From: Amphiscolops sp. MND2022
Lineage: Eukaryota
Length of the DNA stretch: 64,000 bases
Assembly (NCBI GenBank): GCA_964187785.1
Contig: OZ076409.1
Location: forward strand, 79,238,001 to 79,302,000
Direction: 5' to 3'
Shown: one piece after another, positions 24,937-37,500 of the stretch
How the letters are laid out: every line of letters starts with the position of its first letter
Numbering within the stretch: the stretch's first letter is position 1
Made by a program: the position numbers and the translations under genes
Notes under the pieces: generated by a model
Databases searched by the model: none
Told to the model about the DNA's origin: nothing
Seen by the model: only the letters and a program-made list of their open reading frames with translations

Positions 24937-27900
24937 TTAGGATTTAGAGGTACCGGGAGCGTTTACATCACCAGACTCAGTGGCCTCAGATCCGCTAGCG
25001 ACCTTGAAACAAACTTTCTTGCCCTTATTGGGAGACTGTTTACGTTGCTTCCTCCCTTCTTTGGATGAAGAATTTGAAGCGCACTCAGCGTCAGGTGGGA
25101 CACTGCTGCCCAAAGCCTTGTAGACAGCAATCAAAGTTTTGTGAATGTTGGCCCTGTTGAAACTATCTACATGAGACCAGGGGTCCCCTGAGACATTCCC
25201 GCTACAAAACCGAAGCTCCAGATCTTTGAAAGTACCCAAAGAAGCTTCTGTAGTACACACTGACACTGCACTAGCAACATTAGCGAGGTAAGACTGTGCG
25301 GGCATGATGACTTCGAACAGCCGACTTCGGGGTTCACTACAATCAACTCCGGGGAATTTGACAGCTGGGAGCTCTTGCAACTTAGTTGTAAGGCACAAAC
25401 AACTCAATTGGAAGATGTGGAACAAATGTTTACGCATCTTCAGCCCAGGCATTTCTATCATGGTGGCTACCATGTCAGTAAAGACCTCAGGGGTATCTTT
25501 GGCTCCGGAATTCAACTGGCGGAAGTACTCTAAAAAGTCAATGTACTCATCGCGGACATCAGCCTCCGGGGAATTTTCCAACCATCCTCGCAGACTGAAG
25601 GATCGATACAATGCTGAAAAGCAATAGGTGGCTTGATCAAGAGGAAGACACAAGAGGGCCATTGGGTAGAAACAACCCAAACCTCTGACAATACCTGCAT
25701 TCAGACTGATATCCGACAAGAAGACTTTCAGAAGGTAGACGAGATAATTGCGAGCTTTGGTAGCGAAATCGTCCCGGATGGCTTCAACTGCAATTTCTGT
25801 CTCCTCAGGTGTCAGCTGTTTTTCACTATGAATCTTCTTGACACGAGCGAGACAAGCCCCATCAAGATTCTCTTTCAGCTTTAAGCGAGTCAGGAAATCT
25901 CGGTTGGACAGTTGTCGCCAGTTCTGTCCTTGCATGTCGTCTAGGGCTTTCCAGTCTAAAATCTCTGGCACATGTCTAGGAAGTAGTGCCCGTGCTGCCA
26001 GCTTTCTGATGAAGGTGTGGAACTCGCGGAAGGTATAGAAGCCACTGTCCCTTCGTTGTGCGAATTGACTCTCGAAGCTCTTGGTATCTGAAATACAAAA
26101 TGCTCAATTGTCCTGGAGGGTACATACAACACCTGTGAACCCTCTATGACAAATTTCTACTTGTGGATGCCTAACTCTGCCTACCGATGAAAAATTGAGA
26201 CAATTCGGCCCAAAGACTGTACGAAGAGAACCCAATACTAACAATCACGGACTATCCGAGCGAAGAATTCCAGTTTGATAGTGTAGAAATCGTCGGCTAC
26301 GATTTCCCACTCAAGACTTTGTGGCTTGCTCTTCACTCCCTGATTCATTTGAGGTGGCGCAATCTTTGTCAGGTATTTGTGAACGGACTTCCAGTTAGCA
26401 ATCAGTTCGGAGCATATCGTTGGTACTGCAGCAATATCCAAATGGCAAGTTGTCATAGCCTACAAACAACATGAAAATTAGAATCAACCTATAACTGGAC
26501 CTACAGGCGGTGAGACATTGACCTTACCTTGACAAATTCCGGCATTAAGGCAGCCCAAGGTTGTCCACCGCAGCCATCCAAGAAGGTGATCAGAAACTTC
26601 AACTGGGAGAAGAAACTGATGGATCCAAACACGCTGCCCCAACGTTCATGCATCATGCTCGGCAAGGACAGAGCATCAAATCTGAAGGGATATTCAATCC
26701 CCTTCTGGAAGAAACAGGAACGCTCAAGAAGCGGGATCAACTCTGCTGGACACCCAGACACACTCACAATTTGTGGCTGTGCAGATATTGCAGACAAGAG
26801 TCGAGAGAGGGCTAGCAAGAAGCCCGCAGCAGGCTCTGAGGCAGTTCGATAGCGCAGCAGCCGGACAACATTGAGGGACTCGCCTTTCCAGAAACGGATC
26901 GACACGAAGCTATAAGTACCTTGCGTCTCGAATTCCAAGGAGTACTGGCCTGTGGCATTGACCTGATACGCGATGTCAGAGATGCCACAGAGGAAGATGT
27001 GATGGAAGATCGTCTGAAACAAATTAGCATGGATGAAAATATACCCCGTATAATAGTCTGGAAAGACCTCGAGGTTGAAAATAGTTGATACTTACTGTCA
27101 ATGTTGTGGAGCCCCAATTATAAGGGGAGAACAGACTCTGGTGGTTGGTCACAGTTCCAATTTGTGACCACAGTGACTCGAGGACGTGCAGATCTCCGCA
27201 GCGAGGAGCAAAGAGGGGGACCAAAGAGATCTGTACACACAGTCTGATTTCCTCTTGCCCAGCAATGGAACCCAAACCAGCCATGTGGTCCTCGTAGAAC
27301 GGATAACTGCATCCCATCTCAACTAAAGGGGCCTGCATGAAGAAGGGTTTCTCCCTCTCTAGTTCTAAGGGAGTAAGGATTTGGCCTTTCTTTCCCCTGA
27401 CCTCATGGACGATTCGCCCAGTGACACTGTCCTTTTTCTTCAAATTCTCATATCTCCAGCGCTGATCCTTACGAAAGTGGGACTCACACTGGAAATGTCG
27501 GGTAATCTCTCGGGCGCCTTTTGAGAAAATTGACACATTGGCCTTACAAATCTGACAATAAAACTTATGTTTATTGTGCTCAGGATCGAGCGGCCCAGTG
27601 ACAAAGGTCCGAGTCCATTGAATTCCTTTGAAATATGCCTCCTTCATTATTTTGCCACTTCGTCCTGGAACCCGACGACGCTTGCGTGGTGGACTGGAGG
27701 CGGAAGCTTGATCAGCAGTCAGGGTAGCCAACGGCTCATAGTCCGTGGAACAGAATCCTGGACTGGGGACTTGGTGGCTAATAGTGGGATCAGTAGTGCA
27801 GGGAGAATCTTGGCCAGGAGGACTTGGGGGAGGCACGATACTCAATTCCTTGCCGGTTCTCTGCGAGTTGATGACAAACTCATCTTCTGAACTGAGGGCT

Positions 27901-28871
27901 CCACTGCTGTACCCCTCGGTACCAATGTCACTGTCCTGACCTTCTAAACCAGGGCTATCGGGCTTCTTTCGGAAGCACTTGATGCGTTGTTTGGCAGGAC
28001 CCTGATGGGTACTTTGGGAACGACCCACACGAATTGCCTCCTCTAAGATGTTCTTCATTTGATGAAAACAAGAAGTGAGAGTCTCAGTGGACACAGCACG
28101 CAAAATAGAGTGCACCTGCCCCTGGTTGAAGGCTACTGTCGCATGGCCCACTGGAAGGATACTCGGATTAGTCTCCGTGAAATGCTGATTGATGAGAGTA
28201 CGCGCAGATGCAGACAAAGGCCGTGTGGGACTAAGGAGTTTTGGGGACGTTACATCTGGCAACCCTGCAGAGGAGGTCAGTCCAGCCTCTTTAGGAACTT
28301 CTGACCCGGTGGCGCTCAAATCTTCCATGGCGATTAGGAAAGGGGATTCTTTAAGAGTTTCTGCTCCTGAACTGTCCTGCAATTCTTCGACGTCGCTGGT
28401 ATCAGTTTGAAAATAATCCACCTTGGTAGCGGAAATACCTGCCTCGCTGTGGACGTCAGTCATCGGATCGGCATATTCTTCAGCAGACCCTTTATTGCTG
28501 GTCTCACCCGTGACCTGTAGAATAGGGTCCGACTCAGAGACCTTCTCAGCAACAGTTGGGAGCGACTTGTTTACGATGGCAGATGTAGTAGGAGGCAGGA
28601 AGGAAATGCCGAGTCCACTGCCCTGGCAACCGAGAGTTTGCAGCTGGCGTTCGATATATGCAGAGATACTTTCGTCAGTGGATGGACTGGGCGTTGGGAC
28701 GGTCGTAGCCGGATTATCGCCTGGCAGCTCAATGTGTTCGGACTCAACGTCCCCGTGACCTGAGATGGCCTGACTAGCTGTTGCCTTTTCATGGCTTTGC
28801 GAGACCTCTTCTTCGATTTGCAGTTCTGTGGTAGTAGCAAGGACAGCTTCACTTTGCTCTTCTGACGACAT
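24937..28871 (-). CDS. Antisense 4-coding-exon accessory gene of element B, ~1209 aa, zinc finger plus hAT-transposase-like body
   Basis: Exons (minus) 28871-27096, 27013-26528, 26459-26243, 26087-24937. GT-AG introns of 82, 68 and 155 nt (phases 0, 0, 1), with CTAAT branch points in the first two, join four ORFs into one frame. Motif CQICKANVSIFSKGAREITRHFQCESH. Probable 5'UTR intron 29082-28874; AATAAA on minus at 24753-24758 and 24725-24730. Confidence 0.88.
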
Positions 28872-30154
28872 GTCTAAATAGAAAGAGATAAACTCAGGCG
28901 GATAACTTCCTGAAAAAGAGTCCATTACCGCGTTTAAAAATCTTCCGGAAGTAGATATTTTGAACTCGAGTGAATGCTTGAGTTATGGGACAGGAAGTAC
29001 GTGAATGAAACGAGAGCCCTGATCAAGCCTCAGATTAATTCATTATCAAGATTAGAAGTGAAAATCCTAAATTGCTACTCACCTGACTGATTCTGGTAGA
29101 AGTGTGTCCTGTGTGCAAAACTGCTGATGGCAAGTTGACTGGCTGTCTTAGGATTTGGAGACAGATGGAATTGTCAGCGGAAGCGTCGGTGAATCTGTTT
29201 AATGTCTGTGCAATAGTTGCCGCTTGGGGGGAGCAAATTCTTCTTCGGAAGAAGGCGAGAATGGTGAATATGGCAGGAATTGCCGAAAGGGACTCAGTGT
29301 CGATGGTCCTGGGACGACCCAAGAAATCCACAAAAGACGTAAAGGAGAGAGATTACAAATGGAAACTTCAAACAAATACAAAGAAAATACTACTCAAAGA
29401 CTAAAGACTAAAGATGGTTAAATACTGGACGATAATACAAGAAGAGTAATTCGAAGGAATTTGAAAGTAAAGAATTAAAAGGTGAATTGGCAATGTGACA
29501 AGATGTCAAAATTGGAGTTCGTGGCTGTACAATTTGGTGTCGAATTTAGTTATTTACAATTCGTATTATTATGTGGATGGAGTCTGCCAGCAATATCTAC
29601 ATTCATTCATTTATTTCGAAACTTTGTTATTTTACAAATTATTTCATGATTTTACCATGATTTTATTCATTTTCAAGGTCATTTATATTATTCTTTATAT
29701 GGATCTACGGCCTTGGGGAGCCATTTTTATTCGGAGAGGGTTATGCTGCAATCCTATTGGTTGATCAAAACTGCTGATAGACGGCGTGGCCGTCTGCCAT
29801 ATCTTCATCCTCTTGAAACCCTTAAGTGCTAGATGAGTGTTAATAAACACTCAAAGTGACGCTCTTAATATGGAAGTGTTGATAGAGTTAATGTAAGTCA
29901 ACAAAGCCTCGGTCGGCATTTTCAAAGAAGACTGAGCGGCTAGTTAATAGACTCTAGAAAGAAGGAATTTTGTTATTGAAAATTTAGTCAGCAAGGAAGG
30001 GAGAAACCCCGGGAAACTGAAACGAAAACTCCCGCAAGTCGACAGAAGGGGAAACCGCCATTGTTTCAGTTTCACTTTTGAAAATCAGCAGCTTCTCAAA
30101 ACTCAAGATTTAAAACCTTTCAGTCAATTGTCCAAGATAGCTAAAAAACTGATC

Positions 30155-30994
30155 ATGGATAAATTCTTGTCAAGTCACTTCGACTGTGAGTCTCCTCAAT
30201 ATTACCCCGAGGACTTTCAGGGGGCAGCGCCCGGAGACGGAATAATATACATATCATCGGACGACGACATGGAATGTGTCAGCAGCGCATCTGTTGACGA
30301 CCTAGAAAGCCTGTCTGACGACGATGAGATGGCCCTCCTGGCTCAATGTGTGGAGAGACAGATGGAGCTTCCATCGACATCAGAAGCAATTTCCATCCCT
30401 TCCTCTGCCAATAAGCAGGAAGTGACACGCGCAGCGACTCCCAGACTAGCGTACGTCCCTGGGCCTATGTTCGATGCTGGCTATTTTGACTTGGGAATGG
30501 GCAGAGGGCCGATTGCGAGAGACCCGCGACTAAGGAATGACCACCCAATCAATTTGTGTAGCCAGCTAATCCCTATGGTCGACACGCCTATGTCTCCCCC
30601 AGCCGTCGACAAATATCCGTCAGGCGACTGGAGAATAGCAGCGGAAGCCACTACTAGTAGCAAACAAGAACATGCCAACGGAATACACTTCAGGGGACCA
30701 AGTGGCGCAGATAACCCCTACATCTCAGGATGTACAGACTGCCTCGTCTGCGGGAAATCAGTTGAACAGATTCAAGACGAGGCAGTCATCGACTACCTTC
30801 ATAAAACAACCATCCAAGGAGAATCGGCCCTTCAATTCAACGCAAGAAGGCTAGCCTTCCTAGAAGGAATGAAGGTGGGATGTTTTATGCTTATTCCAGG
30901 GGGAGTGTCCCAGGCGTCCGCCTGTGATGGAAATCTCTATTCAATTAGTCACAACTACAAGAAGGCGCAGCCCAACACCCTCCCACTGAATTAA
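30155..30994 (+). CDS. Sense accessory ORF of element B (279 aa), unknown function, overlaps PPT and 3' LTR
   Basis: Intact ORF; IIYISSDDD SIM-like motif, RDPRL, CTDCLVC; stop lies 89 nt inside the 3' LTR. Confidence 0.8.
   Translation: MDKFLSSHFDCESPQYYPEDFQGAAPGDGIIYISSDDDMECVSSASVDDLESLSDDDEMALLAQCVERQMELPSTSEAISIPSSANKQEVTRAATPRLAYVPGPMFDAGYFDLGMGRGPIARDPRLRNDHPINLCSQLIPMVDTPMSPPAVDKYPSGDWRIAAEATTSSKQEHANGIHFRGPSGADNPYISGCTDCLVCGKSVEQIQDEAVIDYLHKTTIQGESALQFNARRLAFLEGMKVGCFMLIPGGVSQASACDGNLYSISHNYKKAQPNTLPLN
30896..30905 (+). promoter_or_regulatory. Polypurine tract of element B
   Basis: ccAGGGGGAG directly before TGTCCC of the 3' LTR. Confidence 0.8.
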
Positions 30995-32434
30995 GTCTTA
31001 CAAGCAAAACTATATTTGTTGCCTTAAAAGTCATGTAAAATCTTATATTTTATTTTATACGATTTATACTAAGTAATCACAAGTAAAATTGTAGTACAGG
31101 CGCTAATAATATGTATGGGAGTTAATTGGACACCAAGGCGTACAGGTAAAGGAAACGCGTTCAAATGTTTCCTCGCCTGTCGCCTTGGTCCGCGAGTCCG
31201 ATTAACTCGTCAGCCAATCACAGTGCAGTATTATTTATCTTTATTTGCTGCTATACTATATCGGTAGATTAAAGGACTGGATGGCTATATGCCGCCAGTC
31301 AACAAAGCGGTAGTCCGCTCTAGTACATTGGACACTGAGTCCACTTTTGAATTAAAAGCGCTGTATAATTATTGGTACTGACTACATGATCTCTAGTGTT
31401 TTGATTATTTATGAAATGTACTATTAGCCCCTAAGGGACTCATGAACGATATTAGATATGTATTGTGGGTGCAATTCATATAATTCATGCAATAAGCGTT
31501 GCGTTGAAAAACATGTACAGTGTTCTGTTTTATATTGTTGCTTGTCCTTATGGACCCACAGGCTTCCCGCCTACTCTAGCGGTCGGAAGGCCCTTTGATG
31601 TGTATAACGTTACGATGATGCTAGTTACTATTTATAGCGTTTGGCTATATTTAGAAAGTCCTTATGGCTATTTTTAGAATATGATCATCATTTTATTGAG
31701 TGTCATGTAGATTCAAATATATATAACCGGGACTGGTGGTCCCGGGGACAGAATTATCCTGATGATACTTTGATACGTTACTGTTGCGTTACTGTTGCGA
31801 ATTGTTTATTAAAACTACCCGTTCATTTTCACTTTGCAAGCCCAAGATATTAATTTAAATTCTTGCCTCTTGCAATAATCTCTTATGCCTTCTACTAGAC
31901 GTCAAAAGGCCAAAGCTAGGAGATCTAGAGAAATGGACATGCTGTCCGACTACGATAACCTAGACGTGATGTTGGGAAATGAAAATAATAATCCCATTGA
32001 AAGAGAACTAGCCGAAGCGATAGATCAGTCGTCGGCCCACGGGGACGATGATACAAACGTGTACCATGAAAATGAGTTTAGAGATTACTTACATGAAAAT
32101 GAACCTTTGAGGCAAAATGAAGTCAGGCAATCCTTTGAGGCCTTTTCAAGTGAGTTTAATCTTAGATTGTCTCAAGAAATGGAATCTATGGTGTCAATAA
32201 TGCATAGCCAAATAAATAGGGCTATAACAACAGCTATAGCTGAAAGAGTTATTCCAGAAATCCAGAATATCGCGAACTCGATGTCTTCTATGGGACACAG
32301 GGACACTGAGGCCAGTTCGTCCCCAAATAGTCAGGAGAACAGGGAAAGCGCACCCGGGCCTAAAATAAAAATTGCAAAGAAAGATTCAAGATCTGTAGGC
32401 GACTTGAGAGATACCATGAGTCATGGTTCTTACA
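30906..32434 (+). repeat. 3' LTR of element B (1529 bp)
   Basis: Near-identical to 16944-18471; followed by TSD ACGGG. Confidence 0.97.
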
Positions 32435-32799
32435 ACGGGGTTGATTGGAAGCAGGCTTTGCCTATAATTCAAAGGATTGTACACCGCGCCATTGAAAATT
32501 GTTCAATCATATCTGATGTGGGAAGGTTCAAATTCATGAGTTTTCCTTTTAACTTGCAATGGTATGTGGAAAACTCGTCAAAAAAACTCGTCGAAATTCA
32601 AGGACGGAAAACTGGTTCAAAAAGTGCCAGGTTTTTTATTTAGGCAGCAAAGGGATACTATTGTAAAAATTTCTGTCAAGTTCACAGTGCAGAAAAATAA
32701 GACACCAAAAAGGCTACCCATGCGATATCCCCATAGAGATACCGATAAAACTTGAAAAAAATTCCCTAACTCGAAACATCAAAAGAACCTAAAGTTTGA

Positions 32800-33300
32800 A
32801 TGTAAATAGGGCGCTTAAAACCAATCGCGCCGAAAAACCAAAAAGGAGACCATTTCAATTCGCAAAACGATCTTTTTGAAACAAACATTTTCTTTAAAGT
32901 AAGGGGGTACTATTTTACCAAATGGAAATTTGTTTCGAAACAAAGTCGCACAATGCCGAAAAAGCCGTAGCTCTTTTCCACAATTTTACGAAACTCTCAA
33001 CAGTTTCACATGACCAAAACTGAATAGAAAGGTCACCCTCGAAACTGGGAAACGAATGTCTTTACCTGAAAACCTCAGAAAACCAAAAATAGTGTCTGAA
33101 AAATTTAAAAAAATCGAAACTTTTCTAAAGTTTCAAATAATTCTTCGTTTAGTCGCATGGTGCCGCAAAAACCTTGGGAGTCTTCTATGCCCGTGAAACG
33201 ACATGTGGCTGCTAAAAAGAAGGGGCAGAAAAACCTCAAAAAATGCATAGCGCCGGAAAAAAGTGAGAAGGCGAGCCTCTGGTCTTCCTGTTTTTTAATC
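32800..33300. repeat. Dispersed repeat, same unit as 12860-13860 in opposite orientation
   Basis: aaagtcgcacaatgccgaaaa, agtcgcatggtgccgcaaaa, aaatgcatagcgccggaaaa. Confidence 0.5.
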
Positions 33301-34562
33301 AATAAAGGACTTTTGTTTCGTACGAGAGTTGAACCCACGCCTAATGATCACAATCCGCAATTTCTCATTACAACGTGCTTCAAAATGTGCAGAGAGCACA
33401 CTGCACTATTTGACTAGAATGCGGTTCGTTTTTGTTTTACGAAAATAGTACTTCACACTTGATGATAAAATCCACTTTTGCGGCATTTGTATTGTTATGA
33501 TGTTCTAATAAAAATCTGAAAAATGTTCTAAAGAACAATTAGTGAACAGACTCTCATCAACCTCCTCTAGGCAAAATTAACAAAAGAAGTCAACATGAGG
33601 TAAAACATGGCCCGTCTGGAGGACGCCCCGTCTCTAGGGAGCACTTGATGACCTGTTTCAGTATGTAAAGCTGTCAGTAACGTGAATTATGCTTTTTCTC
33701 TTCAAAAATACCGGCTAGACAGCCTTTTAAAACGAAGATGGTGGTGCCAAAAAATTTTTTCCCATATCACGGGACATTGCGAAAACAGTAACTCACGAGC
33801 AAATACATCCAAAAAATACAATAAATCACAGCATTATTGACAATTCACAGCAGTTATAGGAGGCCACAAGGAATGTAGGCTTAATTAAGCAGAGAGACTC
33901 ATTCCAAGACTTAATACAATAAGTACCATCTTGTTGAGAAAGGGTAAGCTTTTTTCACAGTTGGTCTTGGCAAGATTAGAAATTGAGTCATTTTCCCGAG
34001 AGTTCAGTGTTCTTTCATTTTACTTTTTCGGGTGTGCTTCGTGACTGTAGTGATTTTAGTCCTTTCCATTTCTCCGGACATTTTTTTGAACCGACATGGA
34101 TACGATTTGCGGAAATTGATCAAAAATTGTAGTTCCCCGTTCATTGAACGAATTTTTCAAGCATGACTCGAGAAGTGATTGTTACAGTAGTTTTGGCATT
34201 GTAGGGAAGGGTAGATGAAATTTCCTTGAAAAACTTTAAAAACAAAGAATAATGAAAATTCCTTTGAAAAACCTTAAAAACAAAAAATAATGATATGTAA
34301 GACCATCATTTTTGTTTCTGACCTATTGCCCATAACTCACCCAAAAGATTAAATACAACTTTGGTACTTCAAAAAATTATTGCTGAAACGAGGAAGTTTT
34401 CTATTGTTATATTTGTTTATTTATTCTAGTTTTCGTTGGAGCTAGACATTGACACGTCCAGCAAACATTGACTTTGTTCATCAAAGTAAGATATTTTTCA
34501 TCTTTTATCTGAAATGGTAGAATTTCGCGCTTGGAACCAGCCAAAAATGAAAACGAAGGCTC

Positions 34563-37500
34563 TGTTGTAGACCTGCGTGTCAACTGCAATTCGAGTAAAA
34601 AAGAATACGTGTTCAAACTGTATTTTGAACGATATACTCAGATATGGCAATGGTGCTAATTTTGACACTTTAGATGTATTTGGCAGTTTGTTAATAAAAA
34701 CATATTTTCTCACAATTGTCTTTTTACAGCAATAGTGTGAACATGAATCTAGCATCTACCACACTCCCCTTTTTATTTGTAAAGTTTAAAGCACTAGGGC
34801 TTTTCAATATCAAGGCTTCGACAACTTCATAATGGTCATGGTACAAATTTGCTGTATAGGTTCATCACAGTAACTACACACTTCTTTTAATTTCAGATAA
34901 AACTAACTACTTCACATGTATATAAGTATTGTTGCAAATACTGCATACTAAGGCAGCAAGGCAACAGAACAAAAGTTGACATCAATTATGTTGTCTACAG
35001 TTTTTAGAAGTTTGACATCTACAGTTAGTTTAATTTGTATTCGGGTTTTGAATTTCGAATACACTTGGGAGGCTTTTTTCCTCCACACTTGAGGCTGCTT
35101 CAAGTTTGGTCACCATTACATTATGACCCCATCTATCCGGCTTCTTTGATACACGCGCTGAGCTTCTGGCATTCTCCCACTTCACTGTTCCCGATATTGG
35201 GAGTTTTTGGATGTCTTCCTTTTCTTGTGTGGCCGTTGTTTGTTCTTCTAGATTTACGCTGCTGTTCGCATCTTTCTCTATTGGGAGTTGTTCCGGTTTC
35301 TTCTCTTCCATTTCGTTTGTCACTGCAATTGGGGCTATGTACAGTTTTTGGTTGGGGGTTTGCCTAAATCTTCTGATTCTGAATCAATCTCAAATACCTT
35401 TCTCTTCAGTTTTGCATTTTCAGCCTTGTTTGCTGTATCACTCATTTTTGGCGTTTTCGCGCTCTTTTCCTCCTTTCTTTGCTATGGCCTTTTACCTTTG
35501 CTGTTTACTCTAGAGCCAGTAGCTACATTTCGTTTGGAGCGGATTGTTTCCTTCTTGTTGGCGTTTGGTAGCACTGTTATGGTCTTGTTGGATTGCCTCA
35601 CAACCTGTCCTTTCTTTTTCTTAAACGCACTTTCTAACTTTGATCCTCGGACTCTTATCCTCACTATGGATTGTTGAGTCAGCGTCTTCGCTAAAATCCT
35701 CCGGCTCAATCTCTATTGCTGGGTCTCTCTCTAAAGTACATTTTTCGATCACTAAACGGTTGTTCATATAAAGTAACCCATTGTCGCTAACGGAAAATGA
35801 ACTAAACTTTTCCATCCAGGGAGGGGGAAGTCGTGTAATGATTGCGTTATTTCTATTTTGAACGAAATTTATGACCTTTTGAAAACTTCGGTCATCTTCA
35901 GCGTTTGCTTGAATGTAGACGTCACTAATTCTCGACCATGACTTTTCAGTATTTTACGCCATTAAGTCGATGTCTTGCAGTTTAGCAATTTCGTGGCTGT
36001 CTTTATTTGTTTGCGTAGGCGCGTCCACTGTCAATACTCTAATTACATATTTTCGGTCAGAATTCTCACAATCTCGCAATTTGCTTGGTTCTCGCCAATT
36101 CTCCAGTCCTTTCACTTTTGGCGTAACGTCCTTTTATACATTTACGGTGAACCAATCATTTAAAAGTTTCTCAGCTTGAATTGAGGCGCCTTCATAATTA
36201 GATGGGTGCCTTGATAGGTAATCTGCCGTTCCTGATGTTCTTCCTGTTCCTGATGTATGTACAATTGAAAAATCGAATAGCAAAAGTCTATCCACCAATC
36301 TTGTCAGTCTACTCGAGTACGTTTCGTTTCCCTTATTTGACTTCAATACACTTTGCAAAGCTTTATGATCTGAGACTATACCGAATGGAACCCCATACAC
36401 GTAGTTTTTAAAATGTTCGACTGACCACACTACTGCAAATAACTCTAATATATTTATTGAATACTTTGCTCCCAATTCCGATAAAAATCTAAATGCATAA
36501 GAGATGAGTTTCTATTCGTTTCCTTCGCATTGTTGTAAAACAGCCCCTAATCCTTGTTTGCTTGCATCGCAAATTTTTCGTAGCGGTTTGTTTCTTTTAA
36601 AACGTCTTAGTTCTGCTGCTTTCTTCACTTCTTTGTTTACCCGCATAAATGCCATTTCATGTTCTGGCGTCCATTTCCACGTTGCATCTTTTTTGGGAAA
36701 TGATCTAATTGGGAAACAAATTGATGCGAGGTCAGGAATGAAATTGTTGAATTGATTTACTGCCCCCAAAAAGGATCTTAGTTCTTTCAAATTCTCTGGT
36801 TGTAGCTTTTCTGTAATTTCTCGCTCTCTTGTATTTACAAGCGAAATGCCGTCTTCTGTCATTCTGAAGCCTAACCATTCAATTTGACTTTGTGCTATTT
36901 TACAGTTTCCCGCCTTTAATTGCAGTTCAGCGTTATCAAGTGCTTTCAGAATTTCCCGTACTTTGTCTAAATGTTCATTCTTGGTTCCCATAGTTACTAT
37001 TAAAATATCATCTATGAACAGGAACACTTCTCTAAATTTTGCTAATAACAAATCCTTTACCTTTTGAAATTCTGTAGGCATAACCGACAGACCGTAAAAA
37101 CCTGTTACAAATCTATATGTTCCCGTTGACTTTCCACCGATTATCTGAAAATTACAGTGTTTTGCCGTTGGAATCGACGTACCGCTCACTCTCCACTTTT
37201 TAACGTACTGGTAAGGTCTCTCTTTTCATGATTTTCTTCATTTCGTCCAGAGCGTAGATTGTGACTGGTGACTATCCCCGTGTCTATCATTGTCCTGAAT
37301 CGGTTTCCGTTTATGAAGCCTTCCATGTAGTACGGTTTGGTATTACTGTCATTTCCTTCTACATTTAGAACCATGTAATTTTCGTCCTCATCGTCATTAT
37401 CCTCTTGATGGACTAACTGCACTCTTTTGGCGAATCCTCGACTATTGCCAAAATTTTGGTTGTTGTCGCTTTTCTTCTGATTGCATACCTTTTCCAGGTG

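Larger units (their letters stand above)
16944..32434 (+). mobile_element. Full-length 15.5-kb Ty3/Gypsy LTR retrotransposon B with accessory genes
   Basis: Paired TG..CA LTRs, 5-bp TSD ACGGG (16939-16943, 32435-32439), PBS, PPT, gag and pol. Confidence 0.98.

Noticed and set aside
29035..29331. 98-aa ORF as first coding exon of the antisense gene
   Set aside because: Splicing 29083 to 28873 puts it out of frame, and the in-frame reading has a TGA; treated as 5'UTR.
30128..30994. env gene interpretation of the ORF before the 3' LTR
   Set aside because: No signal peptide, furin site or transmembrane helix.
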